NCBI GenBank assembly: GCA_049472315.1
Contig: JBLIRN010000003.1
Span: forward strand, 22,760-86,759
Reading direction: 5' to 3'
From: a bacterium
GTDB lineage: Bacteria; SZUA-182; DTGQ01; JAFGSM01
DNA length: 64,000 nucleotides
A program made the translations under genes and the position numbers. Positions 21,556 to 31,923 of this stretch are shown here, piece after piece. The notes beneath the pieces are model-generated. The model was not told where the DNA came from, did no database searches, and saw only the letters and a list, made by a program, of their open reading frames with translations. Numbering within the stretch: position 1 is the first letter of the stretch; each line of letters starts with the position of its first letter.

Positions 21556-22338
21556 ATGGAAATGGTCGAATACAAGAAGGAAAAGGCCTTCATGCTGTAT
21601 CCCGCGAAGTGCACCGCGTGCCGGTCCTGCCAGATTGCCTGCAAGAACTGGAACCAGAATGCGGCAACCAAGACGATCAACCGCGGAACCTTCGAGAATC
21701 CCCCTTCCCTGGACTATTTCAACTATACGAGGATCAAGTTCAGCGAATATCCGAATGGCGAGGATTATGGGATCAAGTGGCTTTTCACCAAGGAGCAGTG
21801 CCTCCATTGTACCGATGCCACCTGCATGATCGTATGCCCCTCCGAGGGAGCGCTCTATCGGACCCCCGAAGGGATGGTCGCGTTCAACCCTGATCGGTGC
21901 ATCGGGTGCAAGTATTGCGTTATGACCTGTCCCTTTGAGGTGCCGAAGTACAACGAGGCGACCAAGACGATCAGCAAGTGCCATCTGTGTCACGACAGGG
22001 TTGCCAACGGGTTGATCCCTGCCTGTGCAAAGGCCTGCCCCACCGGCGCCATCGCTTATGGCGACAGGGACAAGCTTATTGCGGAGGCAAAGGCGAACGG
22101 CGCCAAGTACATCTATGGGGAGAACGAACTCAAGGGCCTCCACGCAATGTATGTGCTGGAGGATTCACCCGACAAGTACGGCCTTCCGGTCGATCCCAAG
22201 GTACCGACCTCCGTCGTGATATGGAAGAATTTCATAAAACCGCTCGTAAAGTGGGGTATCCCGCTGACCATCGTGGGGGTGCTTCTCCACTTCTGGTTGC
22301 ACGGTCCCCATGTGGTTGAGGAAGGGGGTGAGAAGTAA
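21556..22338 (+). CDS. fdnH: Formate dehydrogenase iron-sulfur beta subunit
   Basis: Four Cys clusters (CTACRSCQIAC, CLHCTDATCMIVC, CIGCKYCVMTCP, CHLCHDR..PACAKACP) and a C-terminal TM helix. Confidence 0.93.
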   Translation: MEMVEYKKEKAFMLYPAKCTACRSCQIACKNWNQNAATKTINRGTFENPPSLDYFNYTRIKFSEYPNGEDYGIKWLFTKEQCLHCTDATCMIVCPSEGALYRTPEGMVAFNPDRCIGCKYCVMTCPFEVPKYNEATKTISKCHLCHDRVANGLIPACAKACPTGAIAYGDRDKLIAEAKANGAKYIYGENELKGLHAMYVLEDSPDKYGLPVDPKVPTSVVIWKNFIKPLVKWGIPLTIVGVLLHFWLHGPHVVEEGGEK

Positions 22339-22970
22339 TGGCCGGAAAAGTCGTTGTCAATGCCGCAAGCGCATGGGAGAAGATCGCCCATTGGACACTG
22401 GTCACCAGTTGCGTCATCTGCATGATCACCGGGTTCGGATTCATGTTCCGCTCCCTGGACATCTTCCAGAGGATCTTCGGATTTCCCCACGGCGCGAAGA
22501 CGGTCCACCATTTCTTCGGGCTCCTGTTCTTCCTCTCGTTGATCCTTACCTTTTTAGTATGGGTCAAGGACTCCGGGTTTGAGCTCGAGGACGTCAAGTG
22601 GTTCAAGGTCCTCGGAGGCTACCTGATCCGGACGGATCAGCACTTCGATCTCTACAAGTTCAATCCCGGCCAGAAGATCTTCTTCTGGTACACCATCTTC
22701 TTCGGACTGGTGGTATCCGTGACCGGGTACATCATGTGGAGTCCCTTTTCATGGAGCAGGGGGACCGTTCAGGTCAGCTATCCCCTCCATGCACTCTCCG
22801 CATTCATGTTCGCCCTCGGGTTCATCGGACACGGGTATCTTGCATCCTGGGCAAATCCCGGCAGCTTGAGTGTCATCACCTCGGGCCGGGTCACCAGGGC
22901 GTGGTGCGAGCATCATCGGCCGCGCTGGACCCGAAAGATGGTCAAGGAAGGGAAGCTCAAGGAGGTGTAA
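22338..22970 (+). CDS. fdnI: Formate dehydrogenase cytochrome b556 gamma subunit
   Basis: Four TM helices with His ligands; KFNPGQK; WCEHHRPRW. Confidence 0.92.
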   Translation: MAGKVVVNAASAWEKIAHWTLVTSCVICMITGFGFMFRSLDIFQRIFGFPHGAKTVHHFFGLLFFLSLILTFLVWVKDSGFELEDVKWFKVLGGYLIRTDQHFDLYKFNPGQKIFFWYTIFFGLVVSVTGYIMWSPFSWSRGTVQVSYPLHALSAFMFALGFIGHGYLASWANPGSLSVITSGRVTRAWCEHHRPRWTRKMVKEGKLKEV

Positions 22971-23001
22971 AAAGCCTCCGGTATATAACCTGGCTTTTTA
23001 T

Positions 23002-23037
23002 GGGGCACCGGGCGTTCGCCCGGTGCCCCGTTTTTTT
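23002..23037 (+). terminator. Intrinsic terminator of fdnGHI
   Basis: 12-bp stem GGGGCACCGGGC/GCCCGGTGCCCC followed by T7. Confidence 0.9.
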
Positions 23038-23187
23038 GGTGCGCCCGGCTGGGCGCACACAGGGAAAATGCTGCCAAAATTACTGGCGATTCCATAGGGT
23101 GAGAGTCAATGCGATTGATAGCCTCAATGCGACTTGATAATTCAATGGACGGTATCGAGGAACAGATTATGAATTTTATGCAGCTCT

Positions 23188-23619
23188 TTATTTTTTAATG
23201 GTTTCCATCCCTAATTCTCGTGCAATTCTTATCATATGTGCGTCATAGCTGCAGATCAGCAATTTATCATGTATAAGCTTCTTGTATATATTCGCTGTCG
23301 CCAGATGAATGCTGTCCAAAGACCTCAATCGCTTCAACTTGTCATTGTTTTTGATTTCCAATAAGATATCATTGTCAACCATTTTCTTGTTTATACCGTT
23401 GAGCAGCCTGCCAAGCATGCTATCCTTCTCACGATAAAGTTCTTTATCCTTGATAGTAAGCAAGCAATATTTATAGACATTTATCCGGCATTCTATTTCT
23501 ATGATTATTGAACCTAAGAGAATATCCAGAGAATTCCAGATATCGATTGACAAATCGTAGCTTTCATCCTCAAAGACTATAGAAAGCAAAAAGCTGGAAT
23601 CGATATAGGCGGCTCTCAT
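23188..23619 (-). CDS. PIN-domain (VapC-like) toxin
   Basis: YIDSS...LRSLDSIHLATA...SYD motifs; AT-rich. Confidence 0.85.
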   Translation of the reverse strand: MRAAYIDSSFLLSIVFEDESYDLSIDIWNSLDILLGSIIIEIECRINVYKYCLLTIKDKELYREKDSMLGRLLNGINKKMVDNDILLEIKNNDKLKRLRSLDSIHLATANIYKKLIHDKLLICSYDAHMIRIARELGMETIKK

Positions 23620-23915
23620 GCCCTGTCCGCCCGTGTCTTATTGTATATTTCCTCGAGAAGCGCCCTGTTTGGCCTTCTTTCGCCTTTCACCTTCTTCAAC
23701 TTGATCTTTTTCTTTGCCCTGACAATAAGGCCTGATTTTACTTGATCCGAAAGGTAATCCTCCAGAAGATTCGATTCGGATGGCCCTCCGGTAGAGGGAA
23801 TTATCTCGGCAACTATCCGGTCATGTTCGGTTACCAGTATCCGCTCGCCTGTTTTTACCAGATTGATATACTGGCTCAAGGAGTTCTTGAGATTTCTTAT
23901 TCCAACGGTTTTCAT
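23616..23915 (-). CDS. Phd/YefM-family antitoxin
   Basis: MKTVGIRNLKNSLSQYINLVKTGERILVTEHDRIVAEI; overlaps the toxin start. Confidence 0.88.
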   Translation of the reverse strand: MKTVGIRNLKNSLSQYINLVKTGERILVTEHDRIVAEIIPSTGGPSESNLLEDYLSDQVKSGLIVRAKKKIKLKKVKGERRPNRALLEEIYNKTRADRA

Positions 23916-24002
23916 GACCTTATTATAGCCACAATGGCCATTTTAGTCAAACGACATCTTGCGAAATATTTGAATCAGAATGGCGATGAGGGCGGGATAC
24001 AG

Positions 24003-25403
24003 TCAATCCGAAAGGGCATGGCCTCCGACCACGATCTGCTTGATCCTGAGGGTGGGCTGGGCGTCGGATACCGGGGCCGCCTGGCCGTCCTTGCCGCAGG
24101 TGCCCACCTGGTAGCCCAGGTCGTCGCCGACCATGTCGATGTTCTGGAGGACCTTCGGCCCATTGCCGATAAGGGTCGCCCCGCGGACAGGGCGGGTAAC
24201 CCTTCCCTTTTCGATGAGGTACCCCTCGTTGATCTCGAACACGAAATCCCCGCTTACCGTATCCACCTGGCCGCCCCCCATCTTTTTCACCAGGAGGCCC
24301 TTCCGGGTTGCGGCGATGATCTCCCCGGGAGGGGTGGTGCCCGGGGCGATGAAGGTGTTGCTCATTCGGGGAATGGGCACATGCTGGTAGGATTCCCGCC
24401 TGCCGTTTCCGGTGGAGGATGCCCCCCCCTTGAGGGCGGTGAGGCGATCGTAGAGATATCCCTTCAGCACGCCCCGTTCCACCAGCACCGTCCTCTGGGC
24501 GGGAATGCCCTCGTCATCGTAGTAATAGGACCCTCGCCTCCCCTGAAGGGTTGCATCGTCGATAACGGTTATCAGCGACGAGGCGACCTTATCCCCAATG
24601 CGGTTCGCAAATACCGACAGGCCCTTCTGAACCAGGTCCGCTTCCAGGCCGTGCCCGATGGCCTCATGGATCATGGTGCCCCCCGCTTCAGAAGAGATCA
24701 CCACCGGCATCGGCCCGCTGGGTGCATGATCGGCATCCAGCATGGTGATGGCCCTTTGTGCGGCCATTGTGGCGATCTGCTCCGGGGTATGATCATTTTC
24801 AAGGAGTTCCATCCCCATCTTCCCCCCGATGGCCTCATACCCGGTTTGTATGTCGCCCTTCTTCGCCGCCACCACCTGGACGAGAAAGATGATGCCCGGA
24901 CGTGCCTCCTCGATCCTTTCCCCGTGGGAATTGATCAGGAATGTCTCTTGAATGCTGTCGGCATAGACGACCTTCACCTGCTTGATGAGCCCCGGGTCAA
25001 CGAGCCGTGCCGTCCGGTCTGCGCGGCGCACCAGATCGGACTTGAAATTCGCGCCAATCCCGTCAAAGGGCTTTTCGACCGAAAAGGGAGGGGCAATGAT
25101 TGGAGAGCGCAGGTTGATGGCCACGTCATCCCCGGGAGCATCGAGTGTGCAGGTGAGGGATTCAGCCATGCGCCTGAGGGAGGGCTCGGAGACGTCGTTC
25201 GAGTAGGCATAGGAGGTCTTCAACCCGTGGATTATCCTGAGCCCGACACCGAGATCAATGCCGGTGTTGATCTTCTCGATTCGATGGTCCTCACAGCTTA
25301 TCAGGGATGAGATCTTTCGCTCGAAAAAGATCTCCGCAAGATCGATCCCCCTCCTTGTAAGCAGGGGAAGGGTGGCCGAAAGATGGGATGGAACATCACG
25401 CAT
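24003..25403 (-). CDS. tldD: TldD metalloprotease
   Basis: HEAIGHGLEAD, GNGRRES, PRMSNT and GTCGKDGQ motifs. Confidence 0.93.
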   Translation of the reverse strand: MRDVPSHLSATLPLLTRRGIDLAEIFFERKISSLISCEDHRIEKINTGIDLGVGLRIIHGLKTSYAYSNDVSEPSLRRMAESLTCTLDAPGDDVAINLRSPIIAPPFSVEKPFDGIGANFKSDLVRRADRTARLVDPGLIKQVKVVYADSIQETFLINSHGERIEEARPGIIFLVQVVAAKKGDIQTGYEAIGGKMGMELLENDHTPEQIATMAAQRAITMLDADHAPSGPMPVVISSEAGGTMIHEAIGHGLEADLVQKGLSVFANRIGDKVASSLITVIDDATLQGRRGSYYYDDEGIPAQRTVLVERGVLKGYLYDRLTALKGGASSTGNGRRESYQHVPIPRMSNTFIAPGTTPPGEIIAATRKGLLVKKMGGGQVDTVSGDFVFEINEGYLIEKGRVTRPVRGATLIGNGPKVLQNIDMVGDDLGYQVGTCGKDGQAAPVSDAQPTLRIKQIVVGGHALSD

Positions 25404-25421
25404 AACCGTCTGGGACCCCCA

Positions 25422-26267
25422 TTATTCGCGGATGGCGCGATAAGGGGCGTCGATGAGCCACACGTACCCCCTCGCACAAAACGCGATCCTTGTGCCGTCA
25501 GGTGACCACTCGGGGTCGTATCCGTCAAGGGCAAACACGATGGAATCCCTCTTGACCAGGGAATAGATACGAATACCGCCGTGCGAATATATCACGGAGT
25601 ACCCGTCGGGCGCAAACGATCCCTTCGTTCCGGGCCCTATGGGAGTAAGCTCGCCGGTTGCACGGTTGAGGAGTGCCAGGGTGAAGAGGACCAGTTGCGG
25701 CTCCCACAACTCCACCAGGATAGTCGCCCCGTCCGGCGAAAAGGCAAGGGGTGTCCCTTCATTGAGGAGTTTTTCCCCGGATGAGCCGTCGATGCTCATA
25801 AGCCATATCCCCTGGTTTCTGAACACCAGGGATCTGCCATCGGGGCTCCAGCAGGGGTGGGTGCCCTCAGGCGAGATGAGTGAATGGGCGTTTGATCCGC
25901 GGTCCCATATCCGGATGCCCTGGTGATCATAGGCGATTGTATTCCCATTCGGGGACCACCGCGGGTGGGACCCGGCCTGAATCACCTGGTGCGGCTCCTT
26001 CTCCTCGGGGGCCATGATCCATATGCCGCCGCCATCCTCGAACACGAGGTGTGTTCCATCCGGAGACCAATGAGGGGATGCCCCCGGGCAGATACGATCG
26101 ACGGATATCCTGGCACCCTCCTGGGAATAATTGATGAGGAGCGCAGGGCGGTATCGCGCGCACCCGGTCATGCCGATCAGGAGACCTGCAACAATACACA
26201 ACATCCCCCATGCAAAGGGAGGACGCACCTGCGGGCCGGGGGAAAGGGCGTGCCTCGTGCTATCCAT
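25422..26267 (-). CDS. TolB-like PD40 beta-propeller lipoprotein
   Basis: Repeated PxWSPDG motifs; lipobox-like MTG-C. Confidence 0.8.
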   Translation of the reverse strand: MDSTRHALSPGPQVRPPFAWGMLCIVAGLLIGMTGCARYRPALLINYSQEGARISVDRICPGASPHWSPDGTHLVFEDGGGIWIMAPEEKEPHQVIQAGSHPRWSPNGNTIAYDHQGIRIWDRGSNAHSLISPEGTHPCWSPDGRSLVFRNQGIWLMSIDGSSGEKLLNEGTPLAFSPDGATILVELWEPQLVLFTLALLNRATGELTPIGPGTKGSFAPDGYSVIYSHGGIRIYSLVKRDSIVFALDGYDPEWSPDGTRIAFCARGYVWLIDAPYRAIRE

Positions 26268-26517
26268 GCGCCCCCTGCGTTTTCCTTTCCAGGACCACCA
26301 GGCCGATCTCATCCGCCAGGTGCCTAAGCAATTCCTCGAGATCCAACGACTGTTCCACTGTGCTGAGAAGTTCAAGAACACCCTTTTCCTTGTCCACGGT
26401 CCTCACCACGGCGAGTCCGTCATACCCTTCGAAGATCCCGTTCACATACCAGATCCAGCACGCTTCGGATTGAACACGGACCGTAAGGTCGCTATTTTTC
26501 GGCGATTGTCTCGTCAA
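26260..26517 (-). CDS. Small protein, DUF4911-like
   Basis: IFEGYDGLAVVRTVD motif; embedded in the operon. Confidence 0.65.
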   Translation of the reverse strand: MTRQSPKNSDLTVRVQSEACWIWYVNGIFEGYDGLAVVRTVDKEKGVLELLSTVEQSLDLEELLRHLADEIGLVVLERKTQGAHG

Positions 26518-27490
26518 TCTTCATCCCGAAATGGCGGCCCGCCTTCTCGATGGACACCAGCACCGTATCGCCGGGCTTCAACTCCACCACGGAAACGGCG
26601 GAACCCTCCGGAGTGGTAAGCCGGATGGTCTCGGCATTCTGGAGGATCGTAGAGATGGTTTTTCCCTCGTATTCCGCCTCGATCAGGAGGAGGGGCCTCT
26701 TTTCGATCTTGACCCTGCCGGTGATTCCCACGCTGGTTTCACCCTTTGCATTGACGATAAGCACCTCATCCCCCGATTTCAGCTCGGAGAGATAGCGGGT
26801 GCGGTTGCCCACCGTTTTGATGTATGCGTGGACCGGGCCTGCATTGACCCTGAAGGGGCGGGGTTCGACATACGGATTGGGAAGGGATTCCGAATGCACC
26901 AGAAACAGCGCCGCGCTGCTGTTGCCGATGAGCATGCCCTCGCCGGGAACCATGTTCGTACAGGTATCGATGCACACGCGGTCACCCATGCCCAGCGGCT
27001 TCACCTGGGTGACCACCGCCTCCTGGAGGGGGACGTGCTCGTAGCCCCGTTTTATGCACCCGATGATCCGTTTCACCTCCTGCCAGTCCCGTGTCGTGGT
27101 GAGCACCCCATCCACCCCCTTTTCGAGGATGGTGAGCGCGGTACGTGCCTCTTCAACGGTTGTCACCTCGACGATGAGCCCCTCGGTCTGCGCGATGAGA
27201 TTCTCAAGGGGGATGATGGTCCAGTCTGTGGTCCGGACAATGACCATCTTGTCCCGGGCCTTTTTGGCAATGGCGTCCTCGTCCGCCTTGCCCTTGATCT
27301 CCCATTCGACGATATCCCGGCCGATGCCGAGGTCTCCCTCCTGCGGGGCGATGGTCTGTATCCTCCCCAGTTGCTTCACCTTCGCCACATCCGTATCCTC
27401 GACATACACCGCATCCGCACCGTTCTCCAGCGCCGTGGTTATCAGGTGCTTGTCCCAGGGGACTGCCTTGACCCATACCTTTTTATCCAT
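26492..27490 (-). CDS. 3-dehydroquinate synthase II (archaeal type, AroB')
   Basis: [44 protein letters not shown] and GRHFG motifs. Confidence 0.93.
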   Translation of the reverse strand: MDKKVWVKAVPWDKHLITTALENGADAVYVEDTDVAKVKQLGRIQTIAPQEGDLGIGRDIVEWEIKGKADEDAIAKKARDKMVIVRTTDWTIIPLENLIAQTEGLIVEVTTVEEARTALTILEKGVDGVLTTTRDWQEVKRIIGCIKRGYEHVPLQEAVVTQVKPLGMGDRVCIDTCTNMVPGEGMLIGNSSAALFLVHSESLPNPYVEPRPFRVNAGPVHAYIKTVGNRTRYLSELKSGDEVLIVNAKGETSVGITGRVKIEKRPLLLIEAEYEGKTISTILQNAETIRLTTPEGSAVSVVELKPGDTVLVSIEKAGRHFGMKIDETIAEK

Positions 27491-28286
27491 CGTTTCCCTC
27501 GAGGTAGTCAAGGGCCTGCTGTACCGACCAGTCATGGTGCACCATCTGGCTGATGGCCCAGACCAGCCTTTTGGGCTCCCTGTGTTGAAATGCGTTTCTT
27601 CCGATGGAGACACCCGCACTCCCTGCCTCCAGCGAGCCCTTGACCATCTCCATCACCTGCTGATCGGTCTCCATTTTTTCACCGCCGGCGATGACCACCG
27701 GTACGAAACATCCGTTCACCACCTCGGCGAAGGATTCCGGCGATCCCGTATAGGCTACCTTGACGATATCAGCTCCCAGCTCCGCGCCCACCCGGGCCGC
27801 ATGCTTTACCACCTTGGGATCGTATTCGTTTTTCACCTTTTTCCCCCGGGTATACATCATGGCCACCAGCGGCATGCCCCAGTCGCGGGTGGTCTTCGCC
27901 ACAGAGCCGAGGTCCTTGAGCATGACCTTCTCGTCATCGGACCCGATGTTTATATGGATGGACACGGCGTCGGCACCCAGCCTTATGGCCTCTTCCACCG
28001 TGCACACAAGGACCTTCGAATTCGGGTCCGGGGCAAGGACCGTGCTTCCGGATAGATGTATGATGAGGCCGACATCCGCACCCTGACCACGATGGCCGGA
28101 CTCGACGATCCCCTTGTGAATGATGATGGCGTTTGCGCCGCCTGCGGCCACCTGACCGACCGTTTCCTTCATATCGATCAGCCCGGGTATGGGACCGAGG
28201 GTGATGCCGTGATCCATCGGTACGATGACCGTTCTCTTTGAATTGCGATTCATGATCCTTTCAAGGCGGATCTGTTTCCCGATCAT
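27483..28286 (-). CDS. 2-amino-3,7-dideoxy-D-threo-hept-6-ulosonate synthase (DhnA-type aldolase, AroA')
   Basis: [27 protein letters not shown] and GRNAFQ motifs; adjacent to DHQ synthase II. Confidence 0.88.
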   Translation of the reverse strand: MIGKQIRLERIMNRNSKRTVIVPMDHGITLGPIPGLIDMKETVGQVAAGGANAIIIHKGIVESGHRGQGADVGLIIHLSGSTVLAPDPNSKVLVCTVEEAIRLGADAVSIHINIGSDDEKVMLKDLGSVAKTTRDWGMPLVAMMYTRGKKVKNEYDPKVVKHAARVGAELGADIVKVAYTGSPESFAEVVNGCFVPVVIAGGEKMETDQQVMEMVKGSLEAGSAGVSIGRNAFQHREPKRLVWAISQMVHHDWSVQQALDYLEGNDG

Positions 28287-28556
28287 CTCGCTACCTCCAA
28301 AAACGTCGCATGGACGCACATGGTGTATGTTCGGCATGCCTGCATAACAAGTATATCCGGCTCATTTTATTCGAATGACAAGGCCCTGTCAAACAAGGGG
28401 ATGCCGGGCCGACAATTCCGATTGTGATATTGCATCAGCCTAATGATTCAGAATCGGAACTGCTATTGCTATGCGCCTGGTGAGGCCTCGCAAAAAAATG
28501 CCGGCGATAGTGCCTTTGGCAGGATGGCGATCGTGCGCCGGAAACGGAAGGGGATA

Positions 28557-30062
28557 TCAATCGATCCCGATGATTCTCCCGCTTTTCAGGTGGAGGGTTA
28601 TCTCGCTATCCGGCATGGGTATGTCATTGATGAGACGGATCGCATCCTGGGGGTCGAAGAGGAAGGAACCGGCATTCCCATCGGGGGTTCTGCCCAGGCA
28701 CAGGGTATGGAGATCCCCGAAACGGGCGATCCTTTCGGGAATAAAGGGAATGCGGGCGTCACCTCCGGGGGCGTAGGCCAGGGCCTCCAGGTAGTGACGA
28801 TAGAAGGTCAGGTCGGTGATCGATGCGTTCCCTTCCCTGCATGCCGCCTCGGCGACCGCCAGGGAGACCTCCACCAGGAGACGGTGATCGAAGGGCTTGG
28901 GTATTATGTACTGGGGGCCGAACGAAAGGTCGGCATCGGGATACGCCGCCCTGACATGGTCCGGTGCCTCGAGCCGGGCAACGCCGGCAAGGGATTCGGC
29001 CGCCGCTCGTTTCATGGAGGGGCTGATCCGTTTTGCCTGTACGTCCAGCGCCCCCCGGAAGATGTAGGGGAATCCCAGCACATTGTTTATCTGGTTGGGG
29101 TAGTCCGATCTGCCGGTGGCCATGATGTACGGCCTTTTTCCCATGGCCTCCCTGACCTCCTCGGGCGTTATCTCCGGATCGGGATTGGCCATGGCGAAGA
29201 TGGCCGGATAATCGGCCATGGACCGGACCATGGCGGGGGTGACCAGCCGCGGGACGGATACGCCGATGAACACGTCCGCATTCTGCATGGCGTCCGCAAG
29301 GCTCCTCTTCGACGTACTCGCTGCAAAGGCCGTTTTGTAGGGATTCAGGTCGTCACGCCGGTCGTGGATGACCCCCTTGCTGTCGACCAGCAGGATGCGT
29401 CTTACCCCTTCGTTCTTGATGGTTTCGGCGATCCTGATGCCGGCGGCGCCTGCACCGTTGATAACCACCGAGAGGTCTTCGAGTGCCTTGTGTGCAAGAT
29501 ACGCATAATTTTTCAAGCCGGCAAGGGTGATAATGGCGGTGCCCCACTGATCGTCATGGAATACCGGACAATCGACCCGTTCCTGAAGCTGCTCCTCGAC
29601 TGCAAAACAGGCAGGGGCGGCGATGTCCTCGAGGTTGATCCCCCCGTACATGCATGCGAGGCTCGCTGCCGTATCAACCAGCCGCTCCGTGTCCGTCGGG
29701 CCGCTGTTCCCTCCTGTTCGGCAATGCTCGAGGGGTACCGGCCAGGCATCGATACGGGCGAAGAGCTTGAACAGGACCGCCTTCCCCTCCATCACCGGTA
29801 TGCTCGCCCGGGGGCCGATGTCCCCAAGTCCGAGCACCGCGGTCCCGTCGGTCACCACAGCCACGAGATTCCCCCTGGAGGTATACCTGAATATGTCGTC
29901 GGGATGCTCCCTGATCGCCAGACATGGCCGGGCCACCCCGGGCGTGTAGGCAATACTCAGGGATCGCTGATCGGTGAGTGCCTTGAGGGCCTCCATCCCC
30001 ACCTTTCCACCGAGGTGGTAGCTGAAGATCTCCTGCTCTGGTATGCGCACTGTCTCGGACAT
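28557..30062 (-). CDS. NAD(P)-dependent malic enzyme
   Basis: AYTPGVA, DGTAVLGLGDIG, MEGKAVLFK, FHDDQ, GAGAAG and TGRSDYPNQINN motifs. Confidence 0.93.
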   Translation of the reverse strand: MSETVRIPEQEIFSYHLGGKVGMEALKALTDQRSLSIAYTPGVARPCLAIREHPDDIFRYTSRGNLVAVVTDGTAVLGLGDIGPRASIPVMEGKAVLFKLFARIDAWPVPLEHCRTGGNSGPTDTERLVDTAASLACMYGGINLEDIAAPACFAVEEQLQERVDCPVFHDDQWGTAIITLAGLKNYAYLAHKALEDLSVVINGAGAAGIRIAETIKNEGVRRILLVDSKGVIHDRRDDLNPYKTAFAASTSKRSLADAMQNADVFIGVSVPRLVTPAMVRSMADYPAIFAMANPDPEITPEEVREAMGKRPYIMATGRSDYPNQINNVLGFPYIFRGALDVQAKRISPSMKRAAAESLAGVARLEAPDHVRAAYPDADLSFGPQYIIPKPFDHRLLVEVSLAVAEAACREGNASITDLTFYRHYLEALAYAPGGDARIPFIPERIARFGDLHTLCLGRTPDGNAGSFLFDPQDAIRLINDIPMPDSEITLHLKSGRIIGID

Positions 30063-30221
30063 GCTGTCAAACTTCCAATAACGGGCGTTCAGCGTATGAT
30101 TGTGCAAAGGGAGGTGATATATTGGAATCCGCGCCGGAGGCCGTGGAAGGTCGATGCCCCTTTTGGGCCGGTTCCCTTCGTGACACCGAATAACGAAAGG
30201 GCATCAGGTAACATGCGCCTA

Positions 30222-30743
30222 TCACCGGGAACAACTGCAGTTGCGTGAGGGTTTCCCTTGCTGTGCGGCCTTTGTCTCGACAGGCTGTACACGTGCATCC
30301 TCAAAGAATATCGCGGCCTCGTGTTCCGCCTCTTCTTTGGTCCTGGATCGGTGGACCAGATTGTTGACCGCCCTTTCTTCGGCAATGGAGCGGGCTATGG
30401 AGTCGCTGCTCAAGCTGCGGATGGTGCCGGGTTTTGCCTTGGCAGGATCGGTGTCACCGACAAGGTCAACAAGATCCTCGACAAAATCCTTCTTGTAGGG
30501 ATAGTCCTCCCTTTCCTCCAGGATAAAGACCTTGATGGGTCTGCCCCTGAAGAAATTCAGGAGCCGTTCGTAAAAGAATGCCCCCCGATGCATGGCATAG
30601 AGCCGCTCGATCCTCCCCATATCGGCAGGGTCAAAGGCTTTGGAGGCGACGATCCGGGCAAGGGGTTCCACCATGGACATGATCTTTCCCTCCATGGCCA
30701 TTCCGTCCGGCTTGATCATAAAAAAGATTCTCTGTTTCGGCAT
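30222..30743 (-). CDS. Nucleoside-diphosphate kinase-like protein
   Basis: IKPDG, GDTDPAKAKPGTIR and NLVHRS with the catalytic His. Confidence 0.8.
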   Translation of the reverse strand: MPKQRIFFMIKPDGMAMEGKIMSMVEPLARIVASKAFDPADMGRIERLYAMHRGAFFYERLLNFFRGRPIKVFILEEREDYPYKKDFVEDLVDLVGDTDPAKAKPGTIRSLSSDSIARSIAEERAVNNLVHRSRTKEEAEHEAAIFFEDARVQPVETKAAQQGKPSRNCSCSR

Positions 30744-30756
30744 GATGTGGTATCCT

Positions 30757-31491
30757 TCAGATGGTTTTCAGCGCGTACTTGGCAATAATGCTCTTGAGCG
30801 GCTGGCTCGGGTTACGGTCGCCGTTTCGGTATTCGACAAGGTCCTGATAGTCGCTCTTCCAGACGAGGTTCCCGGGTGCGATGATGCACTTGCTCCCCTC
30901 CACATAGGATGACGTTATCTTAATCCCCTGCTCGGCAAGGGGGTCGGGGAGGATGTAGAAGTGCTCCCGTGATTCTTGATAGGGGAAGAGGCGGTGCTGG
31001 AAGGGAAACTCCCCCGGTTCGAACCAGAGCTTTATCTCCCGTTCTGCCTCCTGTGGATTCCCCGATGCGTGAACGGCGTTATCGATGAGTTCCTCCTGGT
31101 CCACGGAATAATCCGTGTAGCTGAGCTGTGAACGCAGGGTAATGATCCCCTCGGTCTTTGCCAGTATCTTGCAGTCCCTCGGTTTCGTGGGACCGAAGTA
31201 TTCCTTGATCCCCTGGACGATCCCGGGGGCCTCATAGGTGATGGCTACGACCCTCCTCTTTTCAGGCTGGGTGGGATAGTGCAGTTCTCCCATGATGTAC
31301 TTGATGGTGGCTTCAAAAAAGGGCTTTCCCTGGATATTGGCGTAGTGTGCCTCTGCGAGCTCTCTGGTGACGCGGACCACCTTGGCGGCTGCAATGACCG
31401 GGTTGAGGACCGCCGATACCCGCTCGATGATGAATCCGGTCAGTGAATAGAGGAGGGCGTCGGGCTTTATCAGGACCAGTGTCTGCTGCAT
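30757..31491 (-). CDS. Nucleoside-diphosphate kinase-like protein with C-terminal extension
   Basis: TLVLIKPDA, HYA..GKPFF and NAVHAS..EAEREIKLWF, followed by ~85 extra residues. Confidence 0.8.
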   Translation of the reverse strand: MQQTLVLIKPDALLYSLTGFIIERVSAVLNPVIAAAKVVRVTRELAEAHYANIQGKPFFEATIKYIMGELHYPTQPEKRRVVAITYEAPGIVQGIKEYFGPTKPRDCKILAKTEGIITLRSQLSYTDYSVDQEELIDNAVHASGNPQEAEREIKLWFEPGEFPFQHRLFPYQESREHFYILPDPLAEQGIKITSSYVEGSKCIIAPGNLVWKSDYQDLVEYRNGDRNPSQPLKSIIAKYALKTI

Positions 31492-31923
31492 CTTTCGCTC
31501 TTTAAGCAAGGAAAAGCTCATGCTTCGTTACATATCATAAATGTTGTCGGGATATACTCCCAGAGTCCGGAGGGATTCCACCACTCCGCGAAAACGAAAT
31601 TGCGCGTTATTATAGTGGATTGCCTGACAAAGATCAAGGTTTGCTCCCCCCTGTGTCAAAAAAGACATCTTTCATTTCCTCCTGATTATTTGTAGAATTA
31701 ATGGCATATCCGGATTGTAAAAGCTGGAAGCCTAAAGGCAGTGAGCAACCGATTCCTCACGCCCTCTTGCATGGCCTTGCCCGTGATTCCAAGGCTCAAG
31801 ATCACGGATAAGGGCCTCCTCCATGTGGATCGAAAAGATTACAGCATGCGGAGAATCGCTGTACCGGCAGTCTTTGGGAGGCACCTGCCCCATAAGCCAC
31901 TATTGACAAAGGCGATTAGCTTC

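Noticed and set aside
23742..25310. 522-aa + strand ORF
   Set aside because: Antisense shadow of tldD with no recognisable motifs.
28443..30248. 601-aa + strand ORF
   Set aside because: Antisense shadow of the malic enzyme gene. The same applies to 1533-2828, 5105-6358, 10980-12197, 42379-43668 and 59665-60900, which shadow other genes.
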